This document shows positions 1 to 9,302 of a stretch of DNA of 64,000 bases, piece by piece. Where the stretch lies: positions 48,718,914 through 48,782,913 of the forward strand of contig NC_057719.1 of NCBI RefSeq assembly GCF_004010195.1, read 5' to 3'. The notes beneath the pieces were generated by a model, which did no database searches, was not told the origin of the DNA, and worked only from the letters and a program-made list of their open reading frames with translations. The stretch is from Chiloscyllium plagiosum. Its lineage: Eukaryota. A program made the translations under genes and the position numbers. The number at the start of each line of letters is the position of its first letter. Within the stretch, counting starts at the first letter, position 1.

Positions 1-737
1 CCAGAGTCTTATACAACTGCAATATGACCTCAGTACTCCGGAACTCAATTCCTCTACCAATAAAAGCCAGTATGCCGTATGCCTTCTTCACCGCACTATT
101 TACCTGGGTGGCAACTTTCAAAGATTTGTGTACATGGACACCAAGATCCCTCTGCTCATCCACACTACCAAGTATCCGACCGTTAGCCCCGTACCCCATC
201 TTTTTATTACTCTTACCAAAGTGAATCACCTCACACTTAGCTACATTGAACTCCATTTGCCACCTTTCTGCCCAGTTCTGCAGCTTATCTATATCCCGCT
301 GTAACCTGCCACATCCTTCCTCACTGTCTACAACTCCTCCGACTTTCGTATCATCCGCAAACTTGCTCATCAACCTTCTAACCCCTCCTCCAGGTCATTT
401 ATAAAAATGACAAACAGCAATGGTCCCAAAACAGATCCTTGCGGAACACCGCTAGTGACGGCACTCCAAAATGAACCTTTGCCGTCAACTACTACCCTCT
501 GTCTTCTTCCGGCCAGCCAACTCCTAATCCAAACCTCCAACTCACCCTCAATGCCATACCTCCGTATTTTTGGCAGTAGTCTACCATGGGGAACCTTATC
601 AAATGCCTTACTAAAATCCATATACACCACATCTACCGCTTTCCCCTCGTCCACCTCCTTAGTCACCTTCTCAAAGAATTCAATAAGGTTTGTGAGGCAC
701 GACCTGCCCTTCACAAAACCATGCTGACTATCCTTGA
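1..737 (-). mobile_element. CR1/HER1-type LINE ORF2 reverse transcriptase fragment, 5'-truncated exactly at the array motif; continues off the window
   Basis: ORF 370-714(-) has the CR1 RT motifs [27 protein letters not shown] and [14 protein letters not shown]. The sequence continues into FADD-region and downstream CR1 sequence toward position 1. Confidence 0.95.
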
Positions 738-751
738 CACTCCTGTTTATA

Positions 752-1156
752 ATATTTTATTAAACAAATTACAAAATAATTTACAAAAAACAGTTAACAT
801 TTACAGCTGTATACAACAGCAATTTTACAAGGGAGAGGAGCAGCAAAGCTAGGCCCCAAACCCTACTGTTCAACCAGTTTACAGGGAAATGAGGACAAAC
901 CACAAATCCCAGTTTCAAAAATAAAAAGACAGCAACAATGACCTTTATACATAAGACAATCCAGTTACATTAAAAAAAAAGTGCAGACAATACAGACCCA
1001 GCAAGCCCCCGTCCCTCCCATCTTCCGGCCACTCTAAGGCAGCCCGCCCCTACCCACCTTCCGGCTCTTGGTCCACCCCATGCCCTTTCCAGTTCTCGGT
1101 CCGCCCTGAGACACCTTTTGACCACCTCTAGGACAGCCCAACAGCGGTCAGGACGG
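752..1156 (-). mobile_element. Unclassified retroposon 3' end (type A), copy 1
   Basis: On the - strand: a GC-rich part, then an AT-rich 3'UTR-like part with AATAAA running straight into TATAAACAGGAGTG. Flanked both sides by CACTCCTGTTTATA. Paralogous to 1171-1710. Confidence 0.7.
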
Positions 1157-1170
1157 CACTCCTGTTTATA

Positions 1171-1710
1171 ATATTTTATTAAATAAATTACAAAATACAG
1201 TTTACAAAAAAAAGTAACATTTACAGCTGTATGCAACAGCAATTTTACAAGGGAGAGGAGCAGCAAAGCCAGGCCCCAAACCCTACCGTTCAACCAGTTT
1301 AAAGGGAGATGAGAACAAACCTCAAATTCCAGTTTCACATATAAAAAGACACAGTGACAATGACATTTGTACATAAAAGGGCAATCCAGTTACATAAAAA
1401 AGTGCATACAATACAGACCCAGCAATCCCCTGTCCCTCCCACCATTCGACCACTCTAAGGCAGCGCGCCCCTACCCACCTTCCGGCTCTTGGTCCACCCC
1501 ATGCCCCTTCCAGTTCTCAGTCTGCCCTGACACACCTTTTGACCACCTCTAGGACTGCCCGCCCCGGTACCTGCCCAGGGTGACAGCGGGCAGGACGGCC
1601 TACCCACCTTCTGGCTTCACTAGCCACCCTCAGCACCTTTCGACCACCTCTAGGGCAGCCCGCCCCGGTACCTGCCCAGGGTAGCCCGCCCCGGTACCTG
1701 CCCAGGACGG
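1171..1710 (-). mobile_element. Unclassified retroposon 3' end (type A), copy 2, longer, with internal subrepeats
   Basis: Aligns by eye with 752-1156 with scattered substitutions and indels. The extra 5' part contains repeated GCCCGCCCCGGTACCTGCCCAGG. Confidence 0.7.
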
Positions 1711-2292
1711 CACTCCTGTTTATTTTTTTCTTTTTTGTTCTTTGTTTTTCTTTGTTGAGCAGAACCTCTGACACTCCTGTTCCTTTTTTTTAAAAAAACC
1801 CACATTACTGCCTAACTGCGGTAGTGCTTATTTTTTCCCCAGCACCCATGTTGTGTGTGTGCAGGTATGAGACACAGGCACTCCTTTTTTTTTACTACTT
1901 CTTTTTTCTTTTTTTATTTTATAGCCAGCTCTCAGAGTGAACAGGATGTTTGACACCCCTGTTTTTTTTCCACCAGCACCCATGTTGTGTGTGTGCAGGT
2001 GTGAGACACAGGCACTCTTGTTTATTATTCACATCAAAGGGCAGTGCTATGTGATCAAAACAGTGAAGGGGAGGGTAGGGACTAAATCAAAATAGAGTTG
2101 GTGGGAGAAATAATGCACTCCACACACTCCTGTTTATTTTTTTTCTCCTTTTTTATTTTTTTTATTTTTTTTCTCTTTTTTTATAATATTAACCCCCACA
2201 CTACCACCTAAGTGCGGTAGTGCTGATAAACACTGTCCTTCACATCAAAGGGCAGTGCTGTGTGATCAAAACAGTGAAGGGGAGGGTAGGGA

Positions 2293-2448
2293 CTAAATCA
2301 AAATAGAGTTGGAGGGAGAAATGATGCACTCCACTCCCTGCGGCGCCCACCTCTCCCTGAACAACTCCAGGGTGTTGGTGGACACTGTGTGCTCCTTCTC
2401 CAAGGACACCCGGGCTCTAACGTAACTGCGGAAGAGGGGCAGGCAGTC
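2293..2448 (-). pseudogene. C-terminal 51 codons of Tx1-like ORF2 (not in the ORF track)
   Basis: Manual translation gives DCLPLFRSYVRARVSLEKEHTVSTNTLELFRERWAPQGVECIISPSNSILI*. This matches the typical Tx1 ORF2 C-terminal pattern (FR..VR.R...E.......L..F...WA..GV.C). Confidence 0.85.
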
Positions 2449-3182
2449 AGCACACTCCTGTTTATTTTATTTTTTTTCTTTTTCTTATTTAAACCCCACA
2501 CTACCACCTAAGTGCGGTAGTGCTTATTTTATCCCCAGCACCCATGGTGTGTGTGTGTGCAGGTGTGAGATACAGTGAAAGACACAAAGTGCACGAATCT
2601 TTATTCAATTTCCACCACCAGGAAGATAGGAAAACACCCGAGTGGCCAGTGACAAACACTGCCCTTCACAGCAAAGGGCAGTGCTGTGTGATCAAAACAG
2701 TGAAGGGGAGGGGAGGGACTAAATCAAAATAGAGTTGGAGGGAGAAATAATGCACTCCACGCCCTGCAACACTCCTGTTTTTCTTTCCCCAGGGTATTGG
2801 TCGACACCGCGTGTTCCTTCTCCAAGGACACCCGGAACACTCCCCTTTATATTCTTTTTTTTTCAGTGACAAACACTGCCCTTAACACTTCTTTTTTTTT
2901 CCTTTTAACCCCCACAATACCACCTAAGTGCGGTAGTGCTTATTTTATCCCCAGCACCCATAGTGTGTGTGTGCAGGTGTGAGACACAGTGAAAGACACA
3001 AAGTGCACAAATCTTTATTCAANNNNNNNNNNNNNNNNNNNNNNNNNNNNNNNNNNNNNNNNNNNNNNNNNNNNNNNNNNNNNNNNNNNNNNNNNNNNNN
3101 NNNNNNNNNNNNNNNNNNNNNNNNNNNNNNNNNNNNNNACACCATGGGTGCTGGGGAAAAAATAAGCACTACCGCAGTGGGG

Positions 3183-3310
3183 TGTAGGTTTGATATCCAG
3201 ACGTTTCGTTACCTGGCTGGGTAACATCATCAGTGGCGACCTCCAAGTGAAGCGCTTCACTGATGATGTTACCCAGCCAGGTAATGAAACGTCTGGATAT
3301 CAAACCTACA
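3183..3310. mobile_element. Penelope-like pseudo-LTR fragment in inverted arrangement, with a minimal hammerhead-like motif
   Basis: CTGATGA-tGTTACC-cagcca-GGTAAT-GAAAC at 3260-3290, with its reverse complement at ~3202-3234. It shares the GAAGCGCTTCAC motif with the Penelope element at 18130-18798. Confidence 0.75.
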
Positions 3311-3918
3311 CCCCACTGCGGTAGTGCTTATTTTTTCCCCTGCACCCATGGTGTGTGTGTGCAGGTGTGGGACACAGTGGAAGACACAAAGTGCACCGAT
3401 CTTTATTCAATTTCCACCACCAGGAATATAGGAAAACACCCGGGTGGCCAGTGACAAACACTGCCCTTCACATCAAAGGGCAGTGCTGTGTGATCAAAAC
3501 AGTGAAGGGGAGGGTAGGGACTAAATCAAAATATAGTTGGAGGGAGAAATGATGCACTCCACTCCCTGCAGCCACACTCCTGTTTATTTATTTATTTATT
3601 TATTTATTTTCCTTTCAAATCTTTATTCAAATTCCACCACCAGGAAGATAGGAAAACACCCGGGTGAAAACTCCCCTTTTTTTTATTTTAACCCCCACAC
3701 TACCATCTAAGTGCAGTAGTGCTTATTTTATCCCCAGCACCCATGGTGTGTGTGTGCAGGTGTGAGACACAGTGAAAGACACAAAGAAAGAAAGGGCAGT
3801 GCTGTGTGATCAAAACAGTGAAGGGGAGGGTAGGGACTAAATCAAAATAGAGTTGGAGGGAGAAATGATGCACTCCACTCCCTGCGGCCGCACTCCTGTT
3901 TATTTATTTATTATTTTT

Positions 3919-4178
3919 TAAACAGGCCCTTCGGCCCAACAAGTCCACACCGACCCGCCGAAGCGCAACCCACCCATACCCCTACATTTACCCCTTAGTA
4001 TGACCTGACCCTGCACATCTTTGGATGGTGGGAGGAAACCGGAGCACCCGGAAGAAACCCACGCAGACACGGGGAGAACGTGCAAGCTCCACACAGTCAG
4101 TCGCCTGAGGCGGGAATTGAACCCAGGTCTCTGGCGCTGTGAGGCAGCAGTGCTAACCACTGTGCCACCGTGCCGCCC
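3919..4178 (-). mobile_element. HE1-type tRNA-derived V-SINE with a non-canonical A-rich tail, inserted at the array target site
   Basis: On -, it starts GGGCGGCACGGTGGCACAGTGGTTAGCACTGCTGCCTCACAGC (A box; B box GGTTCAATTCC) and ends GGGCCTGTTT plus an A-rich tail. Nearly identical to 46294-46613 apart from an internal deletion and the tail. Confidence 0.95.
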
Positions 4179-4279
4179 ACACACTCCTGTTTATATCTGT
4201 CAGTCAGGACTCCCTGATTGGACCAGGTTAACTCATATTGAATGAGGTCCACCTGGCTGACCTTGTTCCAATCATTCCA
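4179..4279 (-). promoter_or_regulatory. Upstream half of the insertion target: LTR-U3-like sequence with CCAAT and TATA boxes
   Basis: The - strand reads ...GTTAACCTGGTCCAATCAGGGAGTCCTGACTGACAGATATAAACAGGAGTGT. This is the only motif copy not preceded by a retroposon 3' end. The LTR assignment is inferred from the CCAAT/TATA layout. Confidence 0.55.
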
Positions 4280-5465
4280 CTCCAACATGAGGGCTTGGAG
4301 ATGGCAGTGACCATGCCATCAAGAGTGAAATTGTGGATATTGTCCCCACTACCTGTTTTAGTCCAGGGTGGAAAAGCGAGAGGGGGCCTTCCTCCCTAGA
4401 GGCCAATTGAAGCCCATAGGTGGCTATTCTATTCATTAATTTGGTTCATACAATAAGACACAGAACTGATCTTGGAGAAGTAATATTTAATAGATGGTTT
4501 CTATCAAGTTTTTAAACATATCAATTAAAATCATTATAAAGACCATCCCTTTGGAGAAGATATTACAATATCAAATAAATTAAGAAATAAAATGAGTCCA
4601 TGTATCTTGTGCTGTATTTATGAAAAGGTCTGTACAGTTGCTTAACAAAAATGCAAATTCCAGCAAGCTCATGTGATGTGCTGTCTTATCTGACCAGTAG
4701 GTAAATTTGTGAGTAATTAAAATCAACTGGTCTAGCTGATCCTGCCTTTAGCTATTCCATTAGTTAATTATCTCCCCACTTGGTGTTAAAAATGCCTGTT
4801 CAGTGACACCAAGAGTCAAAGAAAGGAGCTAAATTACTTTAATTATTGAGTAATTGCACACAGCGATGTTAATTAAATCTTGATCAGTTTGACTAAGTGA
4901 ATTGATTTCTCTTACTTAGAATGCAAACCACAGAGAGACAAGCCATTTCATAGTTTAATTAACATTACCTTATCACATCCCCAACATACTAAACAGACAT
5001 TAAACTCAGTTAGGTCTCAGTGATATTTTTCTCTTGTTTTCATACGATGTCAGCAATATTTGCTCCATCACAGTTACAATATATATATATAAAATATGTT
5101 GTTTAACTTTAAGGTTGTATCCTTTGTCATTTCCAGAAGGTGAACATGTAGCATTATTGTGTTCACATTTTCCTCCTGTGAATGCAGGCCATTTTTCTTA
5201 ACACAGAGGGCGACACTGGCTTGGCCCAAGTGATCAATCCCAAAATTAAATAAAAATGCTACTTTTTTAGAGGGGCACAACCAATAAAAACCCAAAGGAA
5301 ACATTTCAAGTTGATATAAAGCATTGTTCACATTCTCCTTTAAAGGCTGCAAAAAGTGCAGCTCAGTTTTATAAAACAAAGAACTGGGGATATTGGAGAT
5401 CTCAAATAAACAAAAACAGAAATTGCTTGTGAAACTCAGCAGATCTGGCATCATCTGTGAGAGTT

Positions 5466-6047
5466 TTAGAGTCATAGAGATGTACAGCACGGAAACAGAC
5501 CCTTCGGTCCAACTTGTCCATGCCGACCAGATATCCCAAACCAATCTAGTCCCACCTGACAGCACCCGGCCCATATCCTTCCAAACCCTTCCTATTCATA
5601 AAAGATGCCTTTTAAATGTTGCAATTGTACTAGCCTCCACCACTTCCTCTGGCAGCTTATTCCATACACGTACCACCCTCTGCATGAGAAGGTTGCCTGT
5701 TTGGTCTCTTTTATATCTTTCCCCTCTCACCCTAAACCTATGCTCTCTAATTCTGGACACCCCCAACCCAGGGAAAAGACTTTGGCTATTTATCCTATCC
5801 ATGCCCCTCATGATTTTATAAACCTCTATAAGGTCACCCCTCAGCCTCCGACGCTCCAGGGAAAACAGCCCTAGCTTATTCAACCTTTCCCTTTCGCTCA
5901 AATCCTTTTATGGCAACATCCTTGTAAATCTTTTCTGAACCCTTTCAAGTTTCACATCTTTCTGATTGGAAGGAGGCCAGAATTGCACACAATATTCCAA
6001 CAGTGGTCTAACCAATGACCTGTACAGCCGCAACATGACCTCCCAAA
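5466..6047 (-). mobile_element. CR1/HER1 LINE 3' end, lying between two halves of an older Penelope-type short repeat (~5395-5462 and ~6065-6140)
   Basis: ORF 5596-5901 has LGLFSLERRRLRGDLIEVYKIMRG. The 3' tail is (TCTATGAC)-like. Confidence 0.93.
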
Positions 6048-6460
6048 GTCACTCTTTGTCAAAACAGTTCTCATAAGGGTCACTGGACTCAAAACATTCT
6101 TTTTCTCTAATGGTTCAGATCTCAAATACATTGCCAACTGCGTTACCCCCTTTTCATTTTTTTTCTAATTTCACTACTAGGTCAGAAGTAGAAAAGAAAA
6201 TAGCAGAAAGTATTTATAGAAGCTGTAGCAAACAGAATTTCAGCAGGAACTGTTGAAGGATATATATATTAGAGAGAGAGAGAGAGAGGGACAGGACACA
6301 CACAAAGTCCTGGAAGTTATGTGCAAGTATGGAGCACAGAAAGTGCTATAGGTGAAGCAGAGGCTGCAAACCTTAAATTTCAAAAACAGGAAATGTTGGA
6401 ATTAATGGTCTTTTTCTAAAGTTCTTGAAGTTTGACTGTATCCTCTCATTCCCATTTGAT

Positions 6461-6790
6461 GCCGTACAATGGCTCAGTGGTTAGCACTGCTGCCTCACAG
6501 CATCAAGGACCTAGGTTTGATTCCAGCCATGGGTGACTGTCCATGTAAAGTTCTCCCCATGTCTGCATGGATTTCCTCCAGGCGCTCTGCTTTCCTCCCA
6601 TAGTCCAGAAATGTGCAGGTTAGGTGGATTGGACATGCTAAATTGTCCATAGTGTCCAAGGATGTACAAGCTAGCTGATGTGAAATTACAGGGATGGGGT
6701 GGGGGCTACTGGGTGTGGGTGGGATACTCTTCGGAGGATTGGTGCAGACTCAATGGCCGAATGGCCTCTTTCCACGCTTCAGGGATTTTG
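6461..6790 (+). mobile_element. HE1-type SINE, diverged
   Basis: TGGCTCAGTGGTTAGCACTGCTGCCTCACAG head; V-domain GGTTAGGTGGATTGG...GCTAAATTG. Confidence 0.9.
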
Positions 6791-7045
6791 TTAATAGTGG
6801 TATCTAAATTAAACAAAATTTGCATTTGCATTTGCAAGTATTACTGATTGTATCTGATATAGGAAGATGGAAAAGCTAAACAAACATGTCATGATCCAGA
6901 ACAACAGACAAATGTTAAAGAGTGAATTTCACTATCAGATTTTTTTTTAAAAAGCGAATAAATAAATGAACATGGTAGGGTAAATTGTATTAAAATATGT
7001 TATTTTGCAAAGTAATGGCAAGTAATTGTCTTATCAGAAATATAA

Positions 7046-7371
7046 ATCATGGAATCATAGACTCCCTATCATATGCATGCAGGCCATACGGTCCATCGCC
7101 TCCACACTGCCCTTCCAAAGAGCATTCCTTGACCTATCCCTGGAACCCTGCATTTTCCATGGCTAATCCACCTAGCCTGCACATCCCAGAACAGTATGGG
7201 CAATTTAGCATGGCCAGTCCACCTAAACTGTACATCTTTGGAATATGGAAGGAAGCTGGACCTCCTCAAGGAAAACCATGCAGTCATCGAGAGAATGTGC
7301 AAACTTCACACAGACTGTTGCCTGAGGCTGGAAGTGAATCCAGGTTCCTGCCATTGTCAAGCATCAGTGCC
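7046..7371 (-). mobile_element. HE1-type SINE, diverged
   Basis: Reverse complement of the HE1 body (GGGCAATTTAGCATGGCC, GAGAATGTGCAAACTTCACACAGAC). Confidence 0.85.
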
Positions 7372-7985
7372 AAAGGTGTTTGCTGTTTTTTTAATAGAAG
7401 GACTATCTTGTTTTGCAAAGTAGCTACCTCTGATCCTGACCGTGCTTCCCCTCCTCTGTCACTCACAACATCCCTGCCTACTGCCAGATCCGATGGCCCC
7501 TGGCTCTTGGCTTGGCTCCTCGGCTCTGGACCTGTCATACTTGCCCTGCTGCTGGATCTGACACCCCCTTACCCGCATTTGGACGTGACTCCCTTCCTCC
7601 TTCCCTGGACCAGACATTGTACCGCCTCAACAACCAACATCCCCTCAACCCACTTCTGGGACTCAACACCACCCCTACTACCTGCTGGATCCTTTATCTT
7701 CCACCAACCCCAATGTACCTTGAACACTCCATCACCTACCTGATCAACCTGCACCCTGGCATTCTACTTAACTGCTACCTTACCCAACTGGCACCCTACC
7801 CTCCAGGAACCTACCGCTATCCACTTGGTGCCATAACTATCTGATAATGGATTTACCTGGCACCTAGCCCCCAACACACCTGAGTCCTTACCCTCTTGGC
7901 ACTATCCTCACTCTTTCTGTTTGACAAAGTTACTGGCTATGATTCTGGGTCTTTATATTGCAGCTGACTGCTGTGAAAAGAGGGT

Positions 7986-8684
7986 ATAGAGTTATACAGA
8001 TGTACGGCATAGAAACAGGCCCTTCGGTCCAACCCGTCCACACCGACCAGCCATCCTAACCAATCTAGTCCCACCTGCCAGCACCCGGCCCATATCCCTC
8101 CAAACCCTACTTATTCATATACCCATCCAAATGCCTCTTAAATGTTGCAATTGTACCAGCCTCCACCACATCCTCTGGCACTTCATTCCATACACGTACC
8201 ACTCTCTGCATGAAAAAGTTGCCAGCCCCAGCCTGTTCAGCCACTCCCTGTAGCTCAGATCCTCCACCCCTGGCAACATCCTTATAAATCTTTACTGAAC
8301 CCATTCAAGTTTCACAACACCTTTCTGATAGGAAAGAGACCAGAATTGCACGCAATATTCCTACAGTGGCCTAACCAATGTCCTAACCAACAGCCGCAAC
8401 ATGACCTCCCAACTCCTGTACTCAATACTCTGACCAATAAACTTCCCAAACGCTTTCTTCACTATCCTATCTACCTGCGACTCCACTTTCAAGGAGCTAT
8501 GAACCTGCACTCCAAGGTCTCTTTGTTTAGCACCACTCCCTAGGACCTTACCATTAAGTGTACAAGTCCTGCTAAGATTTGCTTTCCCAAAATGCAGCAC
8601 CTCGCATTTATCTGAATTAAACTCCAGCTGCCACTTCTCAGCCCATTGGCCCATCTGGTCCAGATCCTGTTGTAATCTGAGGTA
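7986..8684 (-). mobile_element. CR1/HER1 LINE 3' fragment with an internal deletion
   Basis: ORFs 8361-8654 (WAEKWQLEFNSDKCEVLHFG) and 8107-8304 (NFFMQRVVRVWNE). Confidence 0.93.
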
Positions 8685-9029
8685 TTCAGATTACAATTCA
8701 GCATTTTCACTCAACCAAGCCACTTTACTCTCACATTCCCCCCTCAGCAAAATCCTTGCTGTGTGCCAAGATTGTAACTTAGTTAGTTGGATTGCCGTAT
8801 AACTTTAAGTAATTGGATGATTTTTTTGAATGAGATTCAATGTAGTAGGGTTAATGTCCTCGCTTGCTTTGAGGACGTCACAACATATTTGTCTTTGTTT
8901 GCCACGCATCACGACAGTGTTCAGTAATCTGTTGTTGTAGAAGAGGCCAGTGTGCATCAGGGCTCCTCATTTCATGTGTATTTGGTCAATGAGAAATTGA
9001 AACAAAATATGAAAGGATATTAAGTCGAG

Positions 9030-9280
9030 GACACTGGCTTAGTGGTAATGTTCCTAGACTAGTAATCTAAAGGCCTAGAAGAATTCTCCAGAAAGATGAG
9101 TCCAACTCTCACTGTGGCAGCTGGGAAATTTAACTTCAATTAATTAATAATTTTGGCATTAAAGCTAGTCTCTGTAATGATGGGCATGAAACTAACAGAT
9201 TGTTGTAAAACCCCATCTGTTTCGCTAATGTTCATCAGACGAAGATATTTGCTGTCATTATCGAGTCTGGCTGACAGATT
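9030..9280 (+). mobile_element. Second tRNA-derived SINE family, diverged
   Basis: Shares AGTGGTAATG...CTAGTAATC and AAAACCCATCTG.TTC.CTAATG blocks with 37975-38318 and 59895-60200. Confidence 0.7.
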
Positions 9281-9302
9281 TTGACGGTATTAGACAAGAA
9301 CT

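Larger units (their letters stand above)
1783..3889 (-). mobile_element. About 11 truncated copies of a Tx1-clade LINE 3' end (type B)
   Basis: Overlapping pieces of one consensus at ~1795-1878, 1970-2012, 2028-2122, 2190-2450, 2490-2767, 2788-2835, 2864-2883, 2907-3022, 3311-3572, 3617-3667 and 3690-3889. The longest reaches into the ORF2 C-terminus. Confidence 0.85.
738..4195 (-). repeat. Tandem array of site-specific retroposon insertions separated by the target-site-duplication motif CACTCCTGTTT(ATA)
   Basis: Exact CACTCCTGTT starts at 738, 1157, 1711, 1772, 2125, 2453, 2770, 3575, 3891 and 4182. Degenerate copies are at 1879, 1954, 2013, 2838, 2886 and ~3669. Most are followed on + by a T-rich tract (poly-A tail on -) and then a retroelement fragment. 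Confidence 0.9.

Noticed and set aside
970..1156. Type A frame (AVLEVVKRCLRADRELERAWGG...) as a Tx1 ORF2 C-terminus
   Set aside because: The resemblance is only vague, the frame is stopped in copy 2, and the region is built of subrepeats. Left unclassified.
1605..1640. Hammerhead in the type A element (CTGAGGG-TGGCT-loop-AGCCA-GAAG on -)
   Set aside because: The core deviates from CUGANGA/GAAA and I found no convincing stems I and III.
738..4195. CRISPR array (short repeat with variable spacers)
   Set aside because: The context is eukaryotic with no cas genes. The repeat is only 11-14 bp, and the spacers are 45-550 bp retroelement pieces with A tails. TSDs explain the pattern.
6997..7844. 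248-aa ORF and neighbours as a host gene
   Set aside because: It runs through an antisense HE1 SINE and a C-rich low-complexity tract, with no recognisable domain.
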